DNA from: Candidatus Saccharimonadota bacterium
GTDB lineage: Bacteria > Pseudomonadota > Gammaproteobacteria > Enterobacterales > Enterobacteriaceae
Length of the DNA: 32,000 bases
Reading direction: 5' to 3'
NCBI RefSeq assembly: GCF_004296535.1
Contig: NZ_AP018159.1
Coordinates: 90,001 to 122,000 of the forward strand
In this document: positions 8,984 to 18,372 of the stretch, in pieces
Layout of the letters: the number at the start of each line of letters is the position of its first letter
How positions within the stretch are numbered: the first letter of the stretch is position 1
Made by a program: the position numbers and the translations under genes
Notes under the pieces: model-generated
The model's input: only the letters and a program-made list of their open reading frames with translations
What the model was told of the DNA's origin: nothing
The model's database searches: none

Positions 8984-10375
8984 ATGATAATAACAAGATT
9001 TGCTCCAAGTCCTAATGGATATTTACATATAGGAAATATAAGAATAGCATTATATTCATGGATATTTGCAAAAAAAAATAATGGTAAATTCTTATTAAGA
9101 ATAGAAGATACAGATATTAATGATTCCAATAAAATTTTTAAAAAAAATATCATAAAAGATATGAAATGGTTAGGTTTAAATTGGGATAATAAAGTTATAA
9201 TACAATCTGATAGAATAAATATATATAATAAAATAATAGATGAACTTTTAGAATCTAAATTAGCATATCCATGTTTTTGTAAAATTAATAATAAAATATT
9301 TAAAAAAAATAAAAAATATAAAAAATATAATAAATTTTGTAGATATAAAAATTTTTCAAGTTATGATTTAAAAAATAAATTACATGTTATAAGATTTAAA
9401 AATCCTATAAATACAGAAATAATTTTAAATGATAAAATATATGGATTAATAAAATTTAATAGTAATGAATTAGATGATTTAATAATAAGAAGGGAAAACA
9501 AATTACCAACATATAATTTTTGTGTTGTTGTAGATGATATTTATTCAAAAATAACTCATATAATAAGAGGATCTGATCATATAAGTAATACACCAAAACA
9601 AATAAATATATTCAATGCAATGAATTATAAAGTTCCAGAATATATACATATACCTATAATATTAGACAAAAATAAGAATAAAATATCTAAAATAAAAAAT
9701 AATTTGAATTTAAAATATTTTAAATATAATGGAATTTTATCTAAATCTATAATACATTATCTATCAAGTATAGGTAATTCTTGTTTTGAAAATATTAATA
9801 AAAATGTTTTTTCTAAAAAAGAAATAATAAATAATTTTAATATATATAAAATAAATAAATCACAAATAACTTTTGATTACAAAAAAGTATTACAAATAAA
9901 TAAAAATTATTTATGTTATACAGATATAAATAAAATATATAAATTTTTTAGAAAATTTATTAATTTAAAAAAAATAAAAATTAAAAATGATTTTAGAATA
10001 TTAAAATTATTTAGAAATTCATATTTTACATTTAATGAAATTATAGAAAATAATGATTTTTTGTATATAGAACCAAAATTAAATATTAATTTATTAAAAA
10101 ATAATTTAACAATAAATAATTTTAATATTATTAATACAATTAATAATATTAAAAATAATATTTTTTTTATTAATAAATGGAATTTAGATAATATAAATAT
10201 ATCTTTGTGTAAAGAAATAAATAAATATTCAATCGAATATAAACATTATATTTATAAAATTATAAGAATATTAATATCTGGAAAATTAAAAACAACAAGT
10301 ATATCAATTATAATATATATATTAGGAAAAAATATATCTATTAATAGATTAGATAAAATAAATATTATTAAATAA
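8984..10375 (+). CDS. gltX: Glutamate--tRNA ligase
   Basis: The N-terminus IITRFAPSPNGYLHIGNIRIALYSWIFAKKNNGKFLLRIEDTD contains the HIGH motif. A Cys cluster (CFC...FCRY) sits at the E. coli zinc-site position. The KISKI segment stands in for KLSKR. Confidence 0.93.
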   Translation: MIITRFAPSPNGYLHIGNIRIALYSWIFAKKNNGKFLLRIEDTDINDSNKIFKKNIIKDMKWLGLNWDNKVIIQSDRINIYNKIIDELLESKLAYPCFCKINNKIFKKNKKYKKYNKFCRYKNFSSYDLKNKLHVIRFKNPINTEIILNDKIYGLIKFNSNELDDLIIRRENKLPTYNFCVVVDDIYSKITHIIRGSDHISNTPKQINIFNAMNYKVPEYIHIPIILDKNKNKISKIKNNLNLKYFKYNGILSKSIIHYLSSIGNSCFENINKNVFSKKEIINNFNIYKINKSQITFDYKKVLQINKNYLCYTDINKIYKFFRKFINLKKIKIKNDFRILKLFRNSYFTFNEIIENNDFLYIEPKLNINLLKNNLTINNFNIINTINNIKNNIFFINKWNLDNINISLCKEINKYSIEYKHYIYKIIRILISGKLKTTSISIIIYILGKNISINRLDKINIIK

Positions 10376-10392
10376 ATAAAATAATAATAAAA

Positions 10393-10466
10393 TCGGCGAG
10401 AGAGGATTTGAACCTCTGACCAACTGGTCCCAAACCAGTTGCGCTACCAGACTGCGCTACTCACCG
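10393..10466 (-). tRNA. tRNA-Pro (anticodon UGG)
   Basis: The reverse complement CGGTGAGTAGCGCAGTCTGGTAGCGCAACTGGTTTGGGACCAGTTGGTCAGAGGTTCAAATCCTCTCTCGCCGA is near-identical to E. coli proM. No CCA is encoded. Confidence 0.95.
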
Positions 10467-10481
10467 ATAAAATTTGTAAGG

Positions 10482-10556
10482 GGTGATTGATGGGACTTGA
10501 ACCCATAACCTTTGGAATCACAATCCAAAGCTCTTTCCAATTGAGCTACAATCACC
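10482..10556 (-). tRNA. tRNA-His (anticodon GUG) with encoded G-1
   Basis: The reverse complement GGTGATTGTAGCTCAATTGGAAAGAGCTTTGGATTGTGATTCCAAAGGTTATGGGTTCAAGTCCCATCAATCACC has an extra 5' G opposite C73. It is followed by CC and then T, so only a partial CCA is encoded. Confidence 0.93.
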
Positions 10557-10573
10557 ATAAAATAATATATAAT

Positions 10574-10645
10574 CTCCTCCGACTGGATTCGAACCAGTGA
10601 CACATGGATTAACAGTCCATCGTTCTACCACTGAACTACAGAGGA
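10574..10645 (-). tRNA. tRNA-Asn (anticodon GUU)
   Basis: The reverse complement TCCTCTGTAGTTCAGTGGTAGAACGATGGACTGTTAATCCATGTGTCACTGGTTCGAATCCAGTCGGAGGAG is near-identical to E. coli tRNA-Asn. No CCA is encoded. Confidence 0.95.
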
Positions 10646-10674
10646 TTTTTTTATTTATAAAATAAATATTAATT

Positions 10675-11320
10675 TTAAAATATATAAAATATTATAATAT
10701 TTATTATAAAATTTATAATAATACTAAATAGTATATCAGTTAAATAATGAATTTTAAATATAACTCTAAAAATTAATAAAAATATTATTATAAAATTTAA
10801 TATAAATATAACTATAATATTTATATTTAATAAATTTTTATAATATATAAAATTAAATAATATATTATAAAATAATAATGTATGACCTGATGGAAAGGAA
10901 TAATTATTATTTTTAAATAAAATTTTTTTATTTATAAAATTAAATATTTTATTCAAAAAAATTATATTTTTAAAATAAAAAATATTTTTTTTTATATATA
11001 AAATATTATTTTCACTAGGTCTTTTTATTTTGAAAATATTTCTTATAAAAATTTTTAAAAAATGTTCTATTATATTTATTAAAATTATTTTATATATAAA
11101 AAAAATAAAATTTTTTTTATTTAAATATTTTTTAAAATAAAATATATTTATTATATATATAAATAATAAAAATATATAATTAAAAATATAAAAAAAAAAT
11201 ATTATAAATAAAATTTTTATTAAATAAATTTATAATAAAAAAAAGTATACTTATAACTAAAATATTTATAATATAAAATATAATAAAAATTAAAAAGAGC
11301 GTTTTATTTTTTAAAATCAT
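10675..11320 (-). pseudogene. PAP2-family membrane phosphatase (PgpB/YbjG-like), split by a +1 frameshift at a T10 tract; possibly rescued by slippage
   Basis: The downstream frame is open from 11229 to 10675. It carries all three PAP2 motifs: RNIFKIKRP (KxxxxxxRP-like), FPSGH and FRVIFKIHYLTD (SRxxxxxHxxxD-like). It has no ATG/GTG/TTG upstream of motif 1. The only ATG, at 11320, opens a different frame (MILKNKTLFLIFIIFYIINILVISILFF...) that stops at 11182..11180. The two frames overlap across the homopolymer at 11190..11199. Confidence 0.6.
11190..11199 (-). repeat. T10 homopolymer in mRNA sense (A10 on the + strand) at the PAP2 frame junction
   Basis: Read directly from the sequence: aaaaaaaaaa at 11190..11199. 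Losing one T joins the ATG frame to the PAP2 motif frame. Confidence 0.85.
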
Positions 11321-11330
11321 ATTATTTTTA

Positions 11331-13670
11331 TTAAGTTTTAAATATATCTTTAGTAAATGAATTACTTATAACATCTTTTATATTTTTTACTGGTAATATA
11401 TCTAAATTAGATATTATATTTTTATCAAAACTATATAAATTTTTTAAATTTTTATAAGGTATAATAACTTTTTTTATTCCGCCTCTTTTTGCTGCTAATA
11501 ATTTTTCTTTTAATCCACCAATAGGTAATACATCCCCTTGTAATGTAATTTCTCCTGTCATTGCAATATCTGATTTTATAGAAATATTAGTAAATGCAGA
11601 TATTAATGAAGTACAAATTGTTATACCAGCACTAGGTCCATCTTTTGGTATAGCTCCTTCTGGAGAATGAACATGTATATCATAATTATAATAATTAAAT
11701 TTTTTATTAATTTTATTTAATATATATCTCATTACAGTTAATGCTATTTTTATAGATTCTTGCATAACTTTTCCTAAAGATCCTGTATATATTAATTTTC
11801 CTTTACCTGGTACAAAAGATGATTCTATATATAATATTTCTCCTCCTAATTCTGTCCAAGCTAAACCTGTAGCTTTTCCTATAAAATTATCACTATCTTT
11901 TACTTTTTTATAATCAAATTTACTTATTCCTAAAAATTTTTTTAAATTATTTTTTGTTATTTTAATTAGTTTATTACTATTACTAATTAAAATTCTTTTT
12001 ACACATTTTCTAAAAATTTTAGATATTTCTCTTTCTAAATTTCTTAATCCTGATTCTTTCGTATAATTTCTTATTATTGATATAATTGCAGAATTTGATA
12101 TATTAATTTCGTTTGCTTTTAATGCATTTGATTTTAATTGTTTTTGAATTATATATTTGTTTACTATATTAATCTTTTCTGCTTCTGAATATCCACTTAT
12201 TTTTATTATCTCCATTCTATCTAATAATGTTTTAGATATATTCATAGAATTTGCTGTTGCTATAAACATTACATTTGATAAATCATAATCTATTTCCAAA
12301 TAGTGATCATTAAATTTTTTATTTTGTTCTGTATCTAATACTTCTAACAATGCTGAAGATGGATCGCCTCTAATATCAGATGACATTTTATCTATTTCGT
12401 CTAATAATATTAATGGATTTATAACTCCACATTTTGACATTTTTTGAATTATTTTTCCAGGCATAGATCCTATATATGTTCTTCTATGTCCTCTTATTTC
12501 AGCTTCATCTCTTAATCCTCCTAAAGATATTCTTTCAAATTTTCTTCCAGTAGATTTTGCTATAGAATGTCCTAAAGAAGTTTTTCCAACTCCAGGAGGA
12601 CCTATTAAACAAATTATTGGTCCAGATATTTTATTATTTCTATTTTGAACTGCTAGATATTCTAAAATTCTTTCTTTAACTTCATATAATCCATAATGAT
12701 TATTATCTAAAATATTTTTTGCATATTTTAAATCTTTTTTAATTTTACTTTTAGTTTTCCATGGTATAGATAAAATACAATCAATATAACTTCTAATTAC
12801 AGTAGATTCTGCAGAAATAGAAGACATAGTTTTTAATTTATTTAATTCATTTTCTAATTTATTTTTTATTTCTTTAGAAGATTTTAATAAATTTATTTTA
12901 TTTTTTATAATTTCATATTCATCTGGAGTATTATTTATTTCTCCTAATTCTTTTTGAATAGCTTTTATTTGTTCATTTAAATAATATTCTCTTTGACCTT
13001 TTTCCATTTGTTTTTTTATTCTATTTCTTATTTTTTTTTCTATATGTAATAATTCAATTTCATATTCTATATTTTTTATTAAAAATTCTAATCTTTTATT
13101 TAAGTTAATTTCTTCTAATATATATTGTTTATCTTTTACTTTTATAGGTATATTTGAAGCTATAGTATCTATTATTTTTGATTTATCTTCTATATTATTT
13201 ATAGAACCTATTATTTCTGGAGATATTTTTTTATTTAATTTGATATATGTTTCAAATTGATTAATTAAAGTTCTTATCATTACTTTATATTCTTTAGAAT
13301 TTGATTCATATGAATTTACTTCTGTTACATTTGCTTCAATATGTTCACCATTATTAATTAAATCATCTATATAAACTCTACTAATTCCTTCTATTAGTAT
13401 TTTTATAGTTCCATCTGGTAATTTTAATATTTGTAATATATTAGACATTGTTCCAGTTGAATATAAATTATTTTTATCAGCAGGATAATCTTCTATAGAT
13501 GATTTTTGCGTTACTAATATAATTTTTTTATCATTATTAATAGCTTTATTTAAAGATTTAATAGATTTTTCTCTTCCAACAAATAATGGAACTAACATAT
13601 TAGGATATATAACTATATCTCTTAGTGGTAATATTGGTAAAGTATATTTATTTTTATTTTTTTCATCCAT
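11331..13670 (-). CDS. lon: ATP-dependent Lon protease
   Basis: 779 aa and well conserved. It has Walker A GPPGVGKTSLG, the segment RISLGGLRDEAEIRGHRRTYIGSMPGKIIQ, the protease-domain motif PKDGPSAGITI containing the catalytic Ser, and GGLKEKLLAAKRGGIK. Confidence 0.98.
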   Translation of the reverse strand: MDEKNKNKYTLPILPLRDIVIYPNMLVPLFVGREKSIKSLNKAINNDKKIILVTQKSSIEDYPADKNNLYSTGTMSNILQILKLPDGTIKILIEGISRVYIDDLINNGEHIEANVTEVNSYESNSKEYKVMIRTLINQFETYIKLNKKISPEIIGSINNIEDKSKIIDTIASNIPIKVKDKQYILEEINLNKRLEFLIKNIEYEIELLHIEKKIRNRIKKQMEKGQREYYLNEQIKAIQKELGEINNTPDEYEIIKNKINLLKSSKEIKNKLENELNKLKTMSSISAESTVIRSYIDCILSIPWKTKSKIKKDLKYAKNILDNNHYGLYEVKERILEYLAVQNRNNKISGPIICLIGPPGVGKTSLGHSIAKSTGRKFERISLGGLRDEAEIRGHRRTYIGSMPGKIIQKMSKCGVINPLILLDEIDKMSSDIRGDPSSALLEVLDTEQNKKFNDHYLEIDYDLSNVMFIATANSMNISKTLLDRMEIIKISGYSEAEKINIVNKYIIQKQLKSNALKANEINISNSAIISIIRNYTKESGLRNLEREISKIFRKCVKRILISNSNKLIKITKNNLKKFLGISKFDYKKVKDSDNFIGKATGLAWTELGGEILYIESSFVPGKGKLIYTGSLGKVMQESIKIALTVMRYILNKINKKFNYYNYDIHVHSPEGAIPKDGPSAGITICTSLISAFTNISIKSDIAMTGEITLQGDVLPIGGLKEKLLAAKRGGIKKVIIPYKNLKNLYSFDKNIISNLDILPVKNIKDVISNSFTKDIFKT

Positions 13671-13729
13671 TTTTTAATAAGTTTAATTATATATCTTTAT
13701 AAAATTAAATTACTTTTAAATATTTTAAA

Positions 13730-13803
13730 CGGTGCGAACGGGATTCGAACCCGTGACCTTCGGCGTGACAGGCCGATATTCTAACCTTCTGAACTATCGC
13801 ACC
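13730..13803 (-). tRNA. tRNA-Asp (anticodon GUC)
   Basis: The reverse complement GGTGCGATAGTTCAGAAGGTTAGAATATCGGCCTGTCACGCCGAAGGTCACGGGTTCGAATCCCGTTCGCACCG forms a tRNA. Its position after dnaQ matches E. coli rnhA/dnaQ-aspV. No CCA is encoded. Confidence 0.95.
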
Positions 13804-13836
13804 AAACTTTAAATTAGAAAAATATTAAATTATATT

Positions 13837-14532
13837 TTATTTTAATCTATACTTTTTTTCAATATATTGCAAGAAATTTTTATGACATTTTATTTCTTTA
13901 TTATTAGCATACGTTATTTTATATTTAATTATTTCATTATTAATATTATTTTTTAATATTTTATTATTATTGTTATTATTTAATTTAAAACTTATTTTTT
14001 TTTGTCCTCTTGTTAATAGTAAAAATATTTTAGCTAATATATTAGAATCATTTATAGCACTATGTAAATTTTTTTTATCTATTTTAAATCTTTCACATAA
14101 AGCTTCTAAACTATTTTTTTTTCCAGGAAATTTCTTTCTAGCAATATCTAAACTATCTATAACTTTACATATATTTAAAATATTTTTTATTTTATGGTTA
14201 ATTAATTTTAATTCATAATTAATAAAATCTATATCAAACTTTGCATTATGTATTATTAATATTGATCCGTATATAAATTTTATAAATTCATTACATATGT
14301 CTTTAAATAGTGGTTTATTAATTAAAAAATCATTACTTATTTTATGAACTTTATATGCATCATAACTTATTTTTTTATTTGGATTTAAATAATAATGAAA
14401 TTTTTTATTAGTTATTTTTCTATTTATTATAACAACAGCTCCTATTTCTATTATTTTATGATTAATATAATATATACCATTTTTATTTATTCCAGTAGTT
14501 TCAGTATCTAAAACTATTCTTTTTTCATTCAT
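13837..14532 (-). CDS. dnaQ: DNA polymerase III epsilon subunit (3'-5' proofreading exonuclease)
   Basis: It has ExoI RIVLDTETTG, ExoII IIHNAKFDIDFIN and an ExoIII-like HSAINDSNILAKIF. It is divergent from rnhA as in E. coli. Confidence 0.92.
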   Translation of the reverse strand: MNEKRIVLDTETTGINKNGIYYINHKIIEIGAVVIINRKITNKKFHYYLNPNKKISYDAYKVHKISNDFLINKPLFKDICNEFIKFIYGSILIIHNAKFDIDFINYELKLINHKIKNILNICKVIDSLDIARKKFPGKKNSLEALCERFKIDKKNLHSAINDSNILAKIFLLLTRGQKKISFKLNNNNNNKILKNNINNEIIKYKITYANNKEIKCHKNFLQYIEKKYRLK

Positions 14533-14581
14533 AGTAATATAAAATTAATTATAAAATATATAAATAATTATATAAAAAAAA

Positions 14582-15061
14582 ATGAAAATTTTCGATATAT
14601 TTATAGATGGTTCATGTTTGATAAATCCAGGACCTGGTGGTTATGGAATTATAATTAAAAATTATAATAATTGTAAAAATATATTTATTAGTAAAGGATA
14701 TTATTTTACAACTAATAATAGAATGGAATTAATGTCTGCTATATTTTCATTAAAAAATATTTATATAAAAAATAATAATATAAATATTTATACTGATAGT
14801 TTATATTTAAAAAATGGAATAACAAAATGGATTTTTATATGGATAAATAATAATTGGAAATCATGTAAAAAAAAAAAAATTAAAAATATAGATTTATGGA
14901 TAAAATTATATAATTTATCTAAGCTATATATAATAAAATGGAATTGGATAAAAAAAAATTCTTACTATAATAATATTTTATGTGATAATTTAGCAAAAAA
15001 AGCAGCTAAAAATCCAACAGAAATAGATAAGTGGTATATTAAAAATAATAATAAATTATAA
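14582..15061 (+). CDS. rnhA: Ribonuclease HI
   Basis: IFIDGSCLINPGPGGYGIII, TTNNRMELMSAI, IYTDSLYL and CDNLAKKAA match the RNase HI catalytic D/E/D/D contexts. The gene contains an in-frame A13 tract at 14867..14879. Confidence 0.9.
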   Translation: MKIFDIFIDGSCLINPGPGGYGIIIKNYNNCKNIFISKGYYFTTNNRMELMSAIFSLKNIYIKNNNINIYTDSLYLKNGITKWIFIWINNNWKSCKKKKIKNIDLWIKLYNLSKLYIIKWNWIKKNSYYNNILCDNLAKKAAKNPTEIDKWYIKNNNKL

Positions 15062-15070
15062 AAAATATTT

Positions 15071-16831
15071 ATGTTAAATATAAAAAAATTTTTATTTGAT
15101 TTTATAAAAAATTTTTTAGCAAAAAAAAAAATAATTTATAATATAAATCTTATAAAAATAAAATTTATAAAATACAGAAAATTTGGTGATTATCAAATAT
15201 ATGGTATTAAAAACTTAGAAGATAAAATTAATAAAAAAAATAATTATTTATTTATAATAAATAATTTAAAATTAGAACTAAAAAAAATAAATTTTATTAA
15301 AGAAATAAATATAATAAATTTTAATTTTATAAATATTTTTTTAAAAAAAGAATGGATGGAAAAAGAATTAAAAAAAATATTAATTTCTAAAAGATTAAAT
15401 ATATCTAAAAAAAAAAATCAGAATAATATTGTAATCGATTATTCATCTCCTAATATGTCAAAAGAGATGCATGCTGGTCACTTAAGATCTTCTATACTAG
15501 GTGATTCATTTTTTAGAATATCAAAATTTTTAGGATATAATGTTATAAAAATTAATCATATAGGAGATTGGGGTATAAATTTTGGAATGATAATTAATGA
15601 AATAAAAATTAGAAATATAGAAAATAAAATATCTAATTTATCTATTTCAGATTTAGAATTAATATATATAAATTCTAAAAATAAATTTAATACAGATAAA
15701 AATTTTAAAATTAAATCTAATTATTACTTTAAACAATTAATTGATAATAACAAAAAATATGTAAAAATATGGAAATCAATTATAAATTTATCTACAAAAA
15801 ATAATGATAAAATTTATAAATTACTTGATTTAAAATTAAACAATAATGATATTTTAGGGGAAAGTTTTTATAAAAAATTCATACCATTTATAATTAAAGA
15901 TTTAAAAAATAAAAAAATAGCAATTAAAAAAAATAAATCTATTATAGCTCCATTAAGAAATTATAAAAATAAATTTGGGAAAATGATGAGTGTTGTACTT
16001 AGAAAAAAAAAAATTTATTTATATTCAATAACTGAAATAGCTTCTATAAGATATAGATGTAAATATTTATTTGCTGACAGAATAATATATTTTATAGATA
16101 AAAGACAGAAAGATCATTTATTATACTCATTACATATATCTAAAAAAGCAAATTATATAAATGAAAATGTTAGATTTGATCATTATAGTTTTGGGATGAT
16201 ATTAGATAATAATAAACAACCATTTAAAACAAGAAATAAAAATAATTTAAAATTAATAAAATTAATAAATAAATATATAGAAAAAACAAAAGAATTTATT
16301 ATAAATAAAAATAAATTATTATTAGATAATAAAAAAGAAATGGAAAATATTTCTAAAATTATAGCAATAGGATCTTTAAAATATTTTGATTTGTCAAAAA
16401 ATAGATTAACAGATTATATAATAGATTGGAATAAAATATTTTTATTAAATAATAATAAGTTAATATATATTTATTACTCATATATGAGAATAAATTCCAT
16501 TTTTAATAAAATAAATATAAAAAATTTATCAAAAATAAAATTTATAAAAAAATCAAATATTAATATAAGTAATAATAATGAGTTAAATATATCTATATTA
16601 ATAGTAAGATTTGAGGAAATTTTAGAAACTGTTATAAATTATGGTACATTTAATATATTATGTAATTATATATATGAATTATCAATAGAATTTACTAATT
16701 ACTATCATAACAATAATTTTTTATTATTAGAAAAAAATAAATATAATTCATTAAATTTAATATTATTGATATCTAAAATAATAAAAATTGGATTGTATTT
16801 CTTAGGAATTAAAATTCCTAAGAAAATTTAA
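15071..16831 (+). CDS. argS: Arginine--tRNA ligase
   Basis: The motif SSPNMSKEMHAGHLRSSILGDS is the ArgRS HIGH region. At 586 aa the length fits. Confidence 0.92.
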   Translation: MLNIKKFLFDFIKNFLAKKKIIYNINLIKIKFIKYRKFGDYQIYGIKNLEDKINKKNNYLFIINNLKLELKKINFIKEINIINFNFINIFLKKEWMEKELKKILISKRLNISKKKNQNNIVIDYSSPNMSKEMHAGHLRSSILGDSFFRISKFLGYNVIKINHIGDWGINFGMIINEIKIRNIENKISNLSISDLELIYINSKNKFNTDKNFKIKSNYYFKQLIDNNKKYVKIWKSIINLSTKNNDKIYKLLDLKLNNNDILGESFYKKFIPFIIKDLKNKKIAIKKNKSIIAPLRNYKNKFGKMMSVVLRKKKIYLYSITEIASIRYRCKYLFADRIIYFIDKRQKDHLLYSLHISKKANYINENVRFDHYSFGMILDNNKQPFKTRNKNNLKLIKLINKYIEKTKEFIINKNKLLLDNKKEMENISKIIAIGSLKYFDLSKNRLTDYIIDWNKIFLLNNNKLIYIYYSYMRINSIFNKINIKNLSKIKFIKKSNINISNNNELNISILIVRFEEILETVINYGTFNILCNYIYELSIEFTNYYHNNNFLLLEKNKYNSLNLILLISKIIKIGLYFLGIKIPKKI

Positions 16832-18372
16832 TTTTTATACTTTGAAGTGTATGAAAAATCTTTTAATCTAAAACCTAATGATAATAAAGATAATATATAA
16901 ATTAAGAATCCAAATAATATTATAAATATTAATCTAGATAATCTTGATAAAATTCCTCCTATTTCCCAATCAGGCATATATTCTAATATTATTATTAAAG
17001 ATAAAGACATAATAAATACAGATATTATTATTTTTTTAAAAAATTGTTTCCATCCATTTTTAGGAATAAATAATCCTTTTTTTATTAAATACCAATATAA
17101 TAAAGCTGAATTAAAACATGCTGTAATACCCATAGATAATGATAATCCAATATGTTCTAATTTTGCGATTAATATAAAGTTTAAAATTTGAGTTGCAAAA
17201 AAAGATATTAATGAAACTTTTAAAGGAGTTTTTGTATCTTGATGAGAATAAAAACTAGGAGTTAATATTTTAACTAATATAATACCAATTAAACCAATAG
17301 AATATGCTATTAAGGCTTTTTGAGTCATAATCGCATCAAAATAAGAAAATTTTCCATATTGAAACATAGAAAATACTATAGGTTTAGATAATATTATTAA
17401 TGCAAATGATATTGGAATAGATAGTATAAAACATAATCTTAACCCCCAATCTAATGATTTAGAATATTCTTCTTCATCTTTATTTGTTACGCTTCTAGAT
17501 AAAGAAGGAAATAATATAGTATTTAATGCTATTCCTAAAATTCCTGATGGAAACTCCATTATTCTATCAGCATAATACATCCATGATACAGATCCTGATG
17601 ATAAGAATGATGTAAATATAGTGTTAAATATTATAGACATTTGATGTATAGACATACTTATTAAAACAGGCCACATTTTATTAAACATAATCCATATTCC
17701 ATTATCATTTAATGTAAATTTAGGCAATATAAGCATATTTATATTTTTTAAGTATATTAATTGATATATTATCTGTAATATACCTCCAACTATAACAGAC
17801 CATGCTAATGATAAAACAGGAGGGTTAGATATTTTATTTGAAAATATAGTAAAAAATATCATACTTCCATTAAGAAAGATAGCTGAAAATGCAGGAATAA
17901 AAAACATGTTCCATGTATTTAATATTGCACTAAATATAGATGATAATGAAATTATTAATATAAAAGGAAATGTTATTCTTAATATTTTTGTACTTAATGA
18001 AAATTTAAAATCTGTATTAACAAATCCTGGAGCTGTAATTTTTAATATATTTGGAGAAAATACAATTCCTAAAAAAATTATTATTGATAAAGATACTATT
18101 AACATTCCTAATACATAACTAATAAATTTTTTTGTAGAATCTAAATCAAAATTTTTTTTATAATTAATTAAAATAGGAATAAATACTTGAAAAAAAACAC
18201 CTTCAGCAAATATTCTTCTTAATAAATTAATTAACTTAAAAGAAATAAAAAATGCATCTGTCATTACAGTAGCACCAAAAGTTCTAGCTATAATTATATC
18301 CCTAATAAATCCTAAAATTTTAGAAATAAAAGTAGCTAAACTAACATATATCAGGGGTTTCAGTAAATTCAT
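16828..18372 (-). CDS. murJ: Lipid II flippase MurJ (MviN)
   Basis: The N-terminus MNLLKPLIYVSLATFISKILGFIRDIIIARTFGATVMTDAFFISFKLINLLRRIFAEG is nearly collinear with E. coli MurJ. It is a 514-aa polytopic membrane protein. Confidence 0.95.
   Translation of the reverse strand: MNLLKPLIYVSLATFISKILGFIRDIIIARTFGATVMTDAFFISFKLINLLRRIFAEGVFFQVFIPILINYKKNFDLDSTKKFISYVLGMLIVSLSIIIFLGIVFSPNILKITAPGFVNTDFKFSLSTKILRITFPFILIISLSSIFSAILNTWNMFFIPAFSAIFLNGSMIFFTIFSNKISNPPVLSLAWSVIVGGILQIIYQLIYLKNINMLILPKFTLNDNGIWIMFNKMWPVLISMSIHQMSIIFNTIFTSFLSSGSVSWMYYADRIMEFPSGILGIALNTILFPSLSRSVTNKDEEEYSKSLDWGLRLCFILSIPISFALIILSKPIVFSMFQYGKFSYFDAIMTQKALIAYSIGLIGIILVKILTPSFYSHQDTKTPLKVSLISFFATQILNFILIAKLEHIGLSLSMGITACFNSALLYWYLIKKGLFIPKNGWKQFFKKIIISVFIMSLSLIIILEYMPDWEIGGILSRLSRLIFIILFGFLIYILSLLSLGFRLKDFSYTSKYKN

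Noticed and set aside
10675-10956. The 93-aa ORF-track call taken at face value as a small stand-alone membrane protein.
   Set aside because: It starts at a TTG in the middle of a longer open frame, and it contains only motifs 2 and 3 of a PAP2 phosphatase. Motif 1 lies upstream in the same frame, so the call is a fragment of the frameshifted gene 10675..11320.
13671-13729. A sigma-32 heat-shock promoter upstream of lon, and -10/-35 promoter calls in the other spacers.
   Set aside because: TATAAT-like hexamers occur almost everywhere in this composition, so any individual promoter call would be unsupported.
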